Below the pieces are notes generated by a model. The model made no database searches and was not told the DNA's origin. It saw only the letters and a program-made list of their open reading frames with translations. The translations under genes and the position numbers were made by a program. A stretch of DNA of 64,000 nt from Squalus acanthias (taxonomy: Eukaryota), in NCBI GenBank assembly GCA_030390025.1, contig CM059438.1, forward strand, positions 68,140,001 through 68,204,000. Reading direction: 5' to 3'. Positions within the stretch are counted from its first letter, which is position 1. The number at the start of each line of letters is the position of its first letter. Below, in pieces: positions 47,333-58,459 of this stretch.

Positions 47333-48208
47333 GGCCGGAATATTGCCGGCGCTTAGGGGGCAGGTTTGGAGACGGGACCGCTGTCAAAATCGCAAAGATT
47401 GACAGTGGGTAGGAAACCCGCAGTCAACCCGCCTCCAATCAATCTTCCCGAGTTTCGGGTCCCCGATTTGCGCATGGACCCGACACCTAGCGGCAGGAAG
47501 AGGATTATAGCCACTTACCTGCCTGTCACAGGTACCTGATACTTGTTAACAGGCTCTTTTTCAATCTTGCCACTTCTGCCTCGGGGTTTCCCAACATGTG
47601 GACACCACGCCAGGTAAGTGTGGCGTGTTGTGAGTCTGCTGTTATGTTTCTGCATTGATGACAGTTGCAGAAGTGATGTGAAGGATCCAATGCTGCACTG
47701 GTGAGTTTCAAAGGTAAGAAAATGTTGGGAAAATCATTTTTAATGCATTTACACCTTTCTGTAGGTAACAAGTTTTGAATTGGCTATCTAGTCCCACCTC
47801 ATTGGGAGAACCTCTCTCACCAGTGACAGATCGCTACTGTTACCTCACCTGCAGCTGCCATCTGTTCTAACCTAAGGAGGGAGTCACTGGAGAGTCTGGG
47901 TGCAAGAGCTCACCTTTGTACAGTGATTGTCAGTTTTTGCAGCACCTCGATGCTGTCAAACACTGAGAAATGTGCTGTCAAAGAAAATTTGTGCGTGGTC
48001 CCTTTAAGAAAACCGGCTGATGACGCTTCATCAAATTATGTCATCTGACCGGCTTCCTCTTAATTGGCCAGCATGCCCGCAGGGCGGGCTTAACAAGGCC
48101 AATCGATGTAAAATCACGTCCGTGGGCCGAATGCAGTTGGGGGCAGGACTGGAACCCGGAAACCAGCTGACCCGCTCCCAAGCCACATCCATTTACAAAA
48201 TCGCGGCC
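47333..48208. mobile_element. Harbinger-type MITE in Myb exon 3
   Basis: GGCCGGAATATT...AAAATCGCGGCC; TSD ATG. Empty site in the sister copy at ~62765. Confidence 0.88.
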
Positions 48209-48826
48209 ATGGTCTCTATGGAGAATAGATGGCTCTCCAGCTCCTTGCTAGCAGGGAAGTGTGGGTGGCCCACGAGAAGGATGATGGTGAGAGGGGACAT
48301 GGAAGTGGGAGCTCCGCTCAACGCACTCACACTTCACCCCCGTTGCCCCTCCCTCAGTCAGAGCTCCAGATGACTCCTTGGGTTGCGATGGCCGAGCGGT
48401 GCAGCCCTGCGCTGATGCCCTCTGTACTGTGTAGTATCATGCGGTTGAGGAGAAGGTTGGTGGTGTTGTTGTTGTTGCTGCTGCTGGTGTTGGGGCTCAT
48501 CATGGTCTAATTCTGAGGACCAAGGTGAGACAGTATAAACAACACCAATGCTGATGTAATAGATGGCAGGTCAAGTAGAGATGACAGAAGCAATCTGTCA
48601 ATGATGTGATAGGTTCTACCAATGAGGTGACTGTAGATGCTGACTTTGCTGAAAAGACTTGCAACCTCTGGAAAGTTAAGTCTATGCTGACAATGCACTC
48701 AGCAATAGCATCTGCCTTAGGAAAGTGACCAGGTTTCAGGTGGGAGTTTTTATTGTACTTTTCATGCTGTGAACTAATGAGGTGGGATAATGGCCACTCA
48801 ACTTCTGCCTCAGGTTCACAGACATG

Positions 48827-49193
48827 CTCCTAAAAATTCGGTAGCTTTGCGCCTTCCGATAGCGCCCTAAGAGGTGCCGGGCTCTTTTGCCTGCACTCCA
48901 ATCCCTGGTGGCCTAGCTGGGCCCCAGGTCGCGCTGCGCAAGGCCCCTCCCCTTTTAATAAGGGGAGGAAGGCCTGCAGTACCGCGGCGCGACGTGCCGC
49001 AGCGCATGACGCTGTGGCGTGTAGCGTTGCGATATTCACTCGCAGCGCCCCAAGAGGGAGGCGGGGCACTTCCAGTAGCACCCCGCTTCCCTCTTGGGGT
49101 GCTACTGATTAATTTTGGCCGTGGGGGCGCTAATTTTTTTGTGCGCTACGCGAAGTTAGCGCCCCAAAGGGGGCGCGGCTCAATTTTTGCCCC
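48827..49193. mobile_element. Short Harbinger-type MITE (TAGCGCC-motif family)
   Basis: Right end AATTTTTGCCCC, left end degenerate; TSD ATG. Empty site at ~61564. Confidence 0.8.
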
Positions 49194-51033
49194 ATGGTTC
49201 CTGAGCTGCGTGATTCCCATGCTCATCCACGGAAATGTGAAAGGTAGGGTTAAAAAGACACTTAAGTTCCTCATAATGAGTTAACTTAGCTCGGCCGCCT
49301 CTGCTGTTCGGGTCGCTGCTGCGCTGGCAGAGGAACCCAAGGGAATGGCGCGTGGAGGCGGGATGACGGCGGTTTTCCGACCCGCTCCAAGTTATTTCAA
49401 ATTTCCCACCCGACCCGCCTCCAATCGCGCCCACACGGACACCAGAAAATTCCAGCCTACATCTGTATTTAAAATGGTGTTGAGTCTTACTTATCATGCT
49501 ACTAACAGCCATGGCAGATTCAGAGCAAAAGCTTTGATGACAGGATAACCATTGGGAAATGATCACTGTATTCCCAGTGTGGTTACAGTCCAGCTTACTA
49601 CGCACGATCTGAGCAATTTCATGTCATTGCTTTATGAAAATGTGCTTTGTCGAGCCAGACAGCCGTAATACAATAGGTGGAGTCCAGAAAAGCAGGTTAT
49701 AAAAACTTTGCTGAACCATTTTGTTATTACATTAAATTTTACATGATATTAACCTGCTCTCAGATCATCTGCAGCTTAAAGTCAAGTGCAATTTATATTG
49801 GAATTTGGCACTGAACAGATAAATCTGCCTCCCTTTGTGACAGCTTGTCATCAATATCAATATACTCCTGGCCATTGTTTGTCGGTGTTTAATTAATTCT
49901 CTGTTTAAAATGCCATTTGAGATGTTTCCTAAATTAAATCTCACACATCATGTTAAACTGCTTTAAGGCTTATTGTTGGCGAAATTTTACAGCGTAAACA
50001 ATCCTATTCTGTTTGATTACTTTGACACTGACAGTTAAATGAGCATAAATCTCACTGCACCACGAGTTAATACTTAGAATGTAATCATGCCCAGAAAGTG
50101 TGAGAAATTGCTAATGATGAGTGGTGAGGCTCATTTGATTTGGGGCCCTGGGAATCCCTTGTGCTGTTCCCACTATAAAGTGTAATGCATAATCCTACTC
50201 CTGCGAAACTTCATAAGCAGTTTACCCAATCTCGTGAATGCGCAAACACAAAGAAAATGAGCTGGAGGTAAACGTATACTCGCAGATGACCTGTTCTGTG
50301 CCAGTTGCTGTGCTTTGAACAATAACACTGCATAGAATGGTGATGTATTTGGGAGGGATTAAGTGAATCTTGAAAACTACTTTTTGCGAATCAGTTGCAG
50401 TATTTGCAAGCATTGTACAAATATTTGTTTAGGCTGTCCCAGCATTAATTATTCCACATGAAGATGCTTGCACCTACTCACTACACTAATTCATTAGCAG
50501 AATTAATTTCACTCTCTCTACTATTTGGATGCATTGATTGGTGCACTTGTGTTGGATTCCAATCTGTTCTGTTTGATGCAGTTGTTCACCCACAAAGGAA
50601 ATTAAATCCCAAGGTGATAAACAGGCTTGAGGTGCTGTCTCCTTTGCGTCAATGTGAAGTGATTTCAGATGCCTAGTGACCCCAAATCGCTAATAGCATT
50701 TGGGAGTTAGTTTGGGCACCAGTCTGCACTAAAGACACATTGCGTGAGACTACAATGTATTAAATAGTTTTTCCAGCACAGAAACAGGCCATTCGGCCCA
50801 ACTGGTCCATGCCGGTGTTTATGCTCCATATGGGCCTCCTCCCACCCTACTTCATCTAACCCCATCTGTCCTTCTATTCCTTTCTCCCTCATATGTTTAT
50901 CCAACTTCCCCTTAAATGCATCTATGCTATTTGACTCAACCACTCCTTGTGGTAGCGAGTTCCACATTCCCACCACTCTCTGAGTAAAGAAGTTCCTCCT
51001 GAATCCCCTATTGGATTTATTAGTGACTATATT

Positions 51034-51794
51034 GGGGCAGAAATTCGGCTCGCCACGGGTGAGTACGCGCTGTGTACTCACCCGTGAAAGGAACAAAAGT
51101 GCCGGTTTCTTGCATGCACTGCGCAGGCGCGGGAAACCGGCACTTCCGTTCCCCTGAGGGAAGGGGTTCAGAGGTCGAACGCGCACGCCGGAGGGCCAGC
51201 GCGTTCGCCTCGCACTTCGTTTTTTTTTACAGGTTCCTCCGTGAAGGTAAGCACGGAGAAGATGCACATTGAAACAGGAGGCGCAAGGCCTTCTTTTAAC
51301 AAGGTAAGTGTTGATTTTATTAAAATGTAAACATTTTTTTCACAGATTTATCTTTTTTAATTACTTTAAAGAAAGGTAAGTTTAGTTTTAGCCCCGTTAA
51401 AAAGTGTAATTAATTTTTTCAAAAATTAAAATTTGTGTTTGAAATAGTTCATTAATGTAATTTATAGTTATTTTAAAAATGTGATTTAAAAAAAATATAT
51501 TTGTAGTTTTAGGGATGTTTTGGGGCTGATCTGTATTCATAGATTTGACAGTTTCCTGTCAAATCTATGAATGAAAGATGGTCTGCTGCCATTGGCTCTC
51601 CATGGCCCACGTGATCCCAGGGGACGCATCGCACTAACTACGCCCCTGGGATACGCAAGCACTGCGCGCCGGCAGTTGGAGGAGGCCCAGGACCGGAATG
51701 CCCCGCGGGCCCAGGGGTCAACGGCAGGCACGGTAGGTAGGTGCGCGCGCGATCCTTGCACCCGCGGGAAGCCAGGGAGCCGAATTTCTGGCCC
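51034..51794. mobile_element. Harbinger-type MITE
   Basis: GGGGCAGAAATTCGGCTC...GAGCCGAATTTCTGGCCC; TSD ATT. Confidence 0.92.
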
Positions 51795-51843
51795 ATTATA
51801 TTTATGGCACCTAGTTCTGGTCTCACCTTCAAGTGGAAATATC

Positions 51844-52604
51844 GGCCCAGAAATTAGACTTCGATGGTTGCCGCGGGGGTAAGGATCCGACGCGATCTTA
51901 CCTACCGCGCCTGCCTTTATGTTTCGGGCCCACACGAACTTCGGGTCCCGGGCCTCTCCCTGGTGCCGGCGCGCAGTGTGTGCGTGTCACAGAGGCGCAG
52001 TTAGTTCGATGCGACCTCTGGGATCACCTGGGCCATGGAGAGCCAATGGCAGCACACCATCTTTCATTCATAGATTTGACAGGAAGACCTGTCAAAACTA
52101 TGAATACAAATTGCCCCCAAAAGAACAGCTAAACCTCAAATAAATTAAAAAAAAATCACATTAATAAAATAACTATAGTTAAATAAATTAACCACTTTAA
52201 ACAAAAATTTAAATTTTTGAAAAAATTTAAATTCTTTTTAAAAGTTATAAAAATAGACTTACCTTTCTTTAAAGTCTCTAAAAAAGATAAACCTGTTGAA
52301 AAAAATGTAAAATAATACTTAATTAACTACTTACCTTGTTAAAAGGGGGTCTTACGCCTCCTTTCTTCATGTGTAAAATCTTCCATACTTACCCTCACGT
52401 TGAAACCTGAAAGAAACCCAAAGTGCACTGCGTGCGCACAGCCTGTAGTGCGCACGCGGTTCACTTAGGAACCGCCCCCTTCGCCATATCGGAAGTGCCT
52501 GTTTCCCGCGCATGCGCAGTGCATGCAGGAAACCGGCACTTCGGGACCGAATACGCGAGAGTACACAGTTCGTACTCTCCCGTATTCAGCCGAAGTTTTG
52601 GGCC
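51844..52604. mobile_element. Harbinger-type MITE (inverted relative of 51034-51794)
   Basis: GGCCCAGAAATT...AAGTTTTGGGCC; TSD ATC. Confidence 0.9.
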
Positions 52605-53023
52605 ATCTTCTCTACGTCAACCCATTCAAACCCTTTCATTATCTTAAAGACCTCTATCAGGTCACCCCTTAGTCTTCTCTTTTCTAGAGAAAAGAGCCAC
52701 AGCCTCTTCAATCTTTCCGAATAGGTATAACCTCTCAATTCTGGTATCATCCTAGATAATCTGTTTTGCACCTTCTCCGTTACCTCTATGTCCTTTTTAT
52801 AATATGGAGACCAGAAATGTTCACAGTACGCCAAGTGTGGTCTAACCAAGGTTCGATACAAGTTTAACATAACTTCTCTGCTTTTCAATTCTATCCCTCT
52901 AGAAATGAACACCAGTGCTTTGTTTGCTTTTTTATGGCCTTATTATCCTGTGTCACTACTTTTAGTGATTTGTGTATCTGTACCCGCAGATCCCACTGTT
53001 CCTCTACCTCATTTAGACACTTA

Positions 53024-53693
53024 GGGCTGAATTTTCATTGACCCGTGGAGGTGGGTTTGGAGGCGTGTGGGGGGTTAAAATAGCGAAAACTGGCGGGCAG
53101 GCACAAGCCCGTCTCCATCCCACCTCCATGCAATTTTCATTAAATCGTGTCTGCTGGTCCCGACTCCGTCCCGCCTCTAAGAGGTGGGATAGGCTGTTAA
53201 GGCCCTTAACAAGCACTAAATTGCCTCTATAATGCCATTTTGAAAGGCCTTTGTGATTTTAACCCTTTTTCTACGTGAAGCACGCCTGTTCTGAACCACG
53301 AATTTGAAACCTGGCGGTAACACATTTTGAAAGCTGACTATCAGCTGCAGGTCCACTATTACAACGGAAATGTAGTAGTAGGAGGAGGAGGAGGAGGAGG
53401 AGGAGGAGGAAGAATAATATCTGGGAGTGGTGGTGGTCATTTTGCCTTCAGGTCCTCTCACAGCAAAGGCCAGGCAGTCTTTGCAGACCTTCGATGCAGC
53501 AGCAATGATGACATCATCAGAGGCAACTTTCAGACTGAAAACACCAATTGGTTCATGGGTTCCCACATGCTGGAACTCAATTGCCCAATTAGGTGAAAAT
53601 CGCATCAATCTCCCACATCCAATTGCAGTCGGGTGGATAACACGAAAAGTGGATGACACAACCCCAACCCGCCCCAGTATCAAAATCCAGCCC
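53024..53693. mobile_element. Harbinger-type MITE (2765 family)
   Basis: GGGCTGAATTTT...AAAATCCAGCCC; flanks TTA/ATA. Confidence 0.88.
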
Positions 53694-54656
53694 ATATTTT
53701 CCAAGGAATAAGTGATCTCCTTATTCTTCCTACCAAAATGTACTACCTCACATTTATCTATATTGAAGTTCATTTGCCAATTACATGCTCATTCTGCAAG
53801 TTTCTTAATGTATGTTGTCGCATTCCTCCTCTGTATTAACTGCAACCCCCTCCCCCCCCACCCCTCCACCACCTTGGTGTCATCCGCAAATTTTGAAATT
53901 GTACTTCCACTTCCCGAGTCCAAATCATTTCTGTCAATGGTGAACAACAGCGGTCCCAGCACCGATCCTCGTGGAACACCACTTCCCACCATTTACCAAT
54001 CTGAGTAACTACATAAAACCACTACTCCCTGTTTTCTGTTTTGTAGCCAGCTTTCTATCCATTCTGCTACTTGTCTCCTGACTCCACATGTTCTGACCTT
54101 CTGACCTCATGCTTTCCATAGTTTCATTCTTATCCCCTTATCAAAGGCCTTTTGAAAATCCAAATCTATTGGGGCGCAATTAGGCTCTGTTGCGCCCATT
54201 TTTAGGGCGCTACGAGGCTTCTTAAACTATGTAAATAGCGTTTGTGACACCCGTGCATACTTCAGATGGTAAGTGCGGCGGGCGCCATAAATATAATGGG
54301 GTTAGCGCTCGCGCACCTAACAACCGCCGGCAGCATCCAGAGCAGGCAGGTCATGACGCCAGCACTGCCATTTTGGAGCTCCACGCTCCAGCTTACGCCC
54401 TCTCTTAACCTCACTCTGCTGAACACGAATTTAAACAGCATGAAGGACCCCCCACCATCGCTATTTAAAGGGATCATCAACTACTTATGGGTTAGTTGCT
54501 GGATTATTTCCTCTGGTTGCTGCTGCAATTCTATGCATTTTGGGTGCTTTTCCATACTTGTTAAAGTTTCAATAGTCTGCAGGGAGTGGTCTGGCTGGTG
54601 CTGAAGTATCTTTTTGGTGACTTAAAGGCTTGTGCACAAACCAATTGCTTCCAGAC

Positions 54657-55793
54657 ATGGGTGGTCTAGTAGGGCTTCCTCTTGGCATTAAGCATGGCTG
54701 GGAGACTGAGCAGAGGCCACGCAGCGCAGGACCAGCTGCCAGAAGAGGGAGGAGGAGGGGGAGAAGTGCTATCAGCAGGAGGCCGTATCCTCAGAGGGTG
54801 TTTAAGGGAGCAATTCTCATACCTGTACTTCAGTGACAACCAATGCTTGAGATGTCTGCACTTCACTAAAGAGGTTGTGCCTGAAATCTGCCAACTGCAT
54901 GCAGCCACAACTCTAACTTCAGAGCAGGGCAAGGATCGCATTTCCAGTGGCTGCGAAGGAGACCGTAGCACTGAACTTTTATGTGACTGGCTCCTTCCAG
55001 GCTGCTGCTGGAGATATAAGCAACATCTCACAGTTTGCAGTGCACTGCTGCATAAGGGAGTTCACTGGAGCTCTCTATGCAAAGAGAGACAGCGTCATCT
55101 TATTTCCTCTTGCCAGAGACAAGCAGGCAGTGCGTGCACGAGGCTTTGCAAAGATTGCAGGCTTCCCCATGGTGCAGGGTGCCATGGAGTGCATGCACAT
55201 TGCTTTGCGTGCGCCTCATGTGAACTTGGCCATGTACCTGAACCTCAATGTGCAGCTGGTGTGTGATCACAGGCAGCGCATCATACAGTTCAATGCCCAG
55301 AATCCTGGCAGCAGTCCCGATGCATTCATTCTGCAGCAGTCCACGGTGCCAACTGTATTTCAACCACCACGACAAACCAAAGGCTGGCTACCGGGCGACA
55401 AGTGTTATCCAGTCATGACTTGGACCATGACTCCAGTCCGGAACCCACGCACACATGCACAGCAGGCATACAGCGAGAGCCATGCTGTCATAAGGAATCT
55501 TAGAGAGCACACCATTGGTGTCTCCAAGCAATGCTTCCACTTCCTGGACTGCTCTGGAGGAGCCCTGCCGTACTCAACTGAACTGCTATCAAGATTTGTC
55601 GTGGTGTGCTGCATGCTACACAAACTTGCCATCATGATGGGAACAGCCCTTGCCACCACCTATCAGGCAAGAATATGAGGAGCAGGAGGATGCGGAGGAG
55701 GGGGAGGTGGAAGAGGAAGAGAGGCTGCAACCTAGACAGCCCGTATCTGCCTGGGCTGTACATGAACAAATAATTCAAGAGTGATAGCAGTAA
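54657..55793 (+). pseudogene. Harbinger DDE transposase (HARBI1-like), frameshifted
   Basis: ALNFYVTGSFQ, GFPMVQGAMECMHI (canonical GAIDCTHI), NVQLVCD, PGSSPDA, GDKCYP, EHTIG, CCMLH. Confidence 0.92.
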
Positions 55794-55985
55794 CCTCAAC
55801 CCCAAATCCCACTCGCCAACAGTCCCATACTCCTTACCATTCCTCTGTTACTGACCATCACTTTTTCATCTTTCCCACAATGCAAAAATAAAATCCAACA
55901 CAAAATTGATATTCCAATCAAAATTTATAAATTAAATCATGCCATAGTGTATACAAAAATAAACGAATCACCCTTGTGCATTCCC

Positions 55986-57815
55986 TTAGTGCCTCTTCCA
56001 TGTGCCTTTGCCTGTCTTAGTGCTCCTACGAGGTGCTTCCCCAATGGCTACAGCATGGCTGGTGGAAGGCTGCTGACTTTCAGTGGAGGAGACTGCAGAT
56101 GGCTTTGGAGGGCCACCTCGAGTAGCTCTGAGCCTGGAGGCCCCAGCTTCAGACTGCACCATCTTGGCATGGGTGGCAGCAGTCTGGGCTAGCTGACTGG
56201 CAGGCAACAGCAAGGGCACTGGCGGAGTGGCGGGGTGGGAGTACGAATGCTGTCATCCTGAGACAGGACTGCAGGTTCGCGCTCCATGGACCCATTGCCA
56301 CTCTCCTGGGGCGGCGCCTCAGCAATCCTAGTACTCTGTTGGAGAACAGATTGCTGGAGTTCTGTGACACTCTGGAAGCCCCTTTGCACTCTGGTATCCA
56401 GAGTCATGATGGCAGCAGTCTGATATTACATGGCAGCAATCTGAGCTTCCGCTGCAGCACTCAGACATTGGGTGGCTGCTGCTTGTGCTGCAATGGAAGC
56501 TGAAACATCGGCCATCAGAAGCTGCATAATGGTTGGGTCCACAAGCGTGTTAATGGAGGTGGTCACCAGTTCCATATTGGAATGGATGGGCTTCAAGCTC
56601 AGCACAAAACCCTGTGCCAAGTTGGTGCTGGAATCCTTCATGCTCTTTGACATTCAACGCAGGCTTTCTGGCAGGCTTCCCAGTGCACCAAGCATTTGGG
56701 TGTGCATACCTATCAGCCTTCTTCTGTAGCCTGGCCTATCGAAGACCTCATCTGAGTCCTCTGCAGCAGAACTGGTGTGCGACCTCGCCCTCAGGCGAGT
56801 TGGCACCTGCGCTAACCTTTCCCCCTACTCCGGCTCCAGCGCACTTGTGCCCGGTGTCTCGCCATGTGCAGATCCCGCCTCTGTGCTATCTAAATTACAC
56901 GCAGTGTCAGTATCTGAGCTGGTGGCTGCGAGTGTGACATCGAGTGATGGTGTCCCTTCATCTTCACTTTCTTCTTGCTCTTCCTCCACAGCCTGGGCAG
57001 CTTCCAGTTCTTGAGTGTCTGAAATGAAAAAGCGACATGAGTTGGGTTGTGGTGAGGGGAGAGGAGAAAGTAAGAAGTGCTTGCTTACATCATCTGCAGC
57101 TTGTAAGTCAGAAGATATTGAGGGATGAGGAGAAGTGGGATGAGAGGAGGATTAGGTATGCAGATAATGTCACCTGCAATTGCTTTAGCCCCGCCGGTGA
57201 TCACGACCTCAGCAATGGCCCTTCCCATAATGGGGGTTAAAGCATGCAGGTGCGCCTCAACCTTTCCTGTTAATTCCTGCTGCTTCCTGTTGTGTGCCAC
57301 CTTCTCCTGCAAGAAAGAGGGAAGTGTGTCAGTGAGTGTCGTGCAAACTGTTTGGGTAATGCGGCTGTCATGGTTGAATAGCTGCCAGTGTGTGCAAGCT
57401 GTGAGATGTGGGTGCAAGGCTTGCAACAGTGCTAATTGTGCGAGGGTGAGGTGAAGCTATGAATGTGAGGTTGGAGTCGTGTTTGCTGGAGATTGTTGGT
57501 GGGTGTAGTGAATTGAGCAGTGGATGAGGCTAGTGGTGCAGTTGTTCAGATATGGCATTTGAAGATGCACTCACTGACCTTGACAACTCTTGTGAGATCA
57601 TTAAACTTCTTCCTGCACTGCATCCAGGTCCTTGGGGTTACACTACTGGCATTGACCTCCGCCGCTACCTCATGCCACAGACTTCTGAGCATGTGTCTGG
57701 AAGGCCTCCGGCCCCCCCTGAGGATAAAGGACATCTCTCCTTTCCACCTCTTCCACCAATATCTCCAGTGCAGCCTCCAAAAATCTTGGTGCCACTCTCT
57801 CCTGTGGTCTGCCAT
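55986..57815 (-). pseudogene. Harbinger Myb/SANT-like protein, spliced (exons ~57815-57579, 57306-~57160, 57018-55986)
   Basis: LWHEVAAEVN..RTWMQCRKKFNDL; AAG|GTCAGT donor and TTGCAG|GAGAAG acceptor at the same intron position as the 44.5-kb gene. Confidence 0.88.
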
Positions 57816-58459
57816 TGTTGATTCTTCCACAGCACAATATTCAGAATGATCTCAGCACCACCACCAACCATAATGCACCTCCCTTTTAAGAGGTGCAGGC
57901 TAGCTTTAAGTAGTAGTAGACACGCACAATATTGCGTCCCCTGCTGATGTGTGCAGCCAATGAACAGCACGGGGAGCACTGGCTGCAAGCTGAAATGGAA
58001 ATGAGCAGGCAGCACGAAGTTGGCATCCTGCCTGCAGTGCAATTAAATGGGCGCGGGTTAATCCTGCATCGCAATACCTGCACCCGTTTTTGAGGGTTAT
58101 CCAATTTAACCCCCATTACATCTACTGCATTATCCTTGTCTACTCATTCTGTTACTTCTTCAAACAATTCAATAAGGGTCGTCAAGCATAGCCTTCCCTT
58201 TTGAAATCCATGCTGAATACTCTTCATTATATTTTCAGTTTCTAGAAGTTTTTCAATTCCATCTTTGAGTAACGATTCCATTATCTTTCCTACCACTGAC
58301 GTTCAGCTAATTGGTCTATAATTCCCTGGACTTGTTCTATCTCCGTTTTTTAATATTAGCTGTCTGCCAGTCCTCTGGCACTCTTCCCTTTTCTAATGAA
58401 TGTTTATATATATGTAATAGTGCCTCTGCTATCTCTTCCCTAACTTCTTTTAGTACTTT

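Larger units (their letters stand above)
44332..48395 (+). pseudogene. Harbinger Myb/SANT-like (MADF/trihelix-type) DNA-binding protein; exons ~44332-44571, 44908-45067, ~46813 onward
   Basis: RAAPRFSDDSLQML..AWLQIAEEVN..RTWVQCRKCFNDL; AAG|GTGAGT donor and TTGCAG| acceptor. Start appears as CTG; exon 3 is disrupted. Confidence 0.85.
44039..49457 (+). mobile_element. Harbinger derivative retaining the Myb/SANT gene, transposase core deleted, three nested insertions
   Basis: TIRs GGACGGAATTTTCT / AGAAAATTCCAGCC; TSD TAC. Confidence 0.9.
54171..58114. mobile_element. Full-length decayed PIF/Harbinger transposon with convergent transposase and Myb/SANT genes
   Basis: GGGG..AATT termini, TSD ATT; the host CR1 frame rejoins across it. 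Confidence 0.93.

Noticed and set aside
54947..55678. Host HARBI1 gene
   Set aside because: Frameshifted, flanked by TIRs and a TSD, and paired with a Myb gene, so it is a transposon copy.
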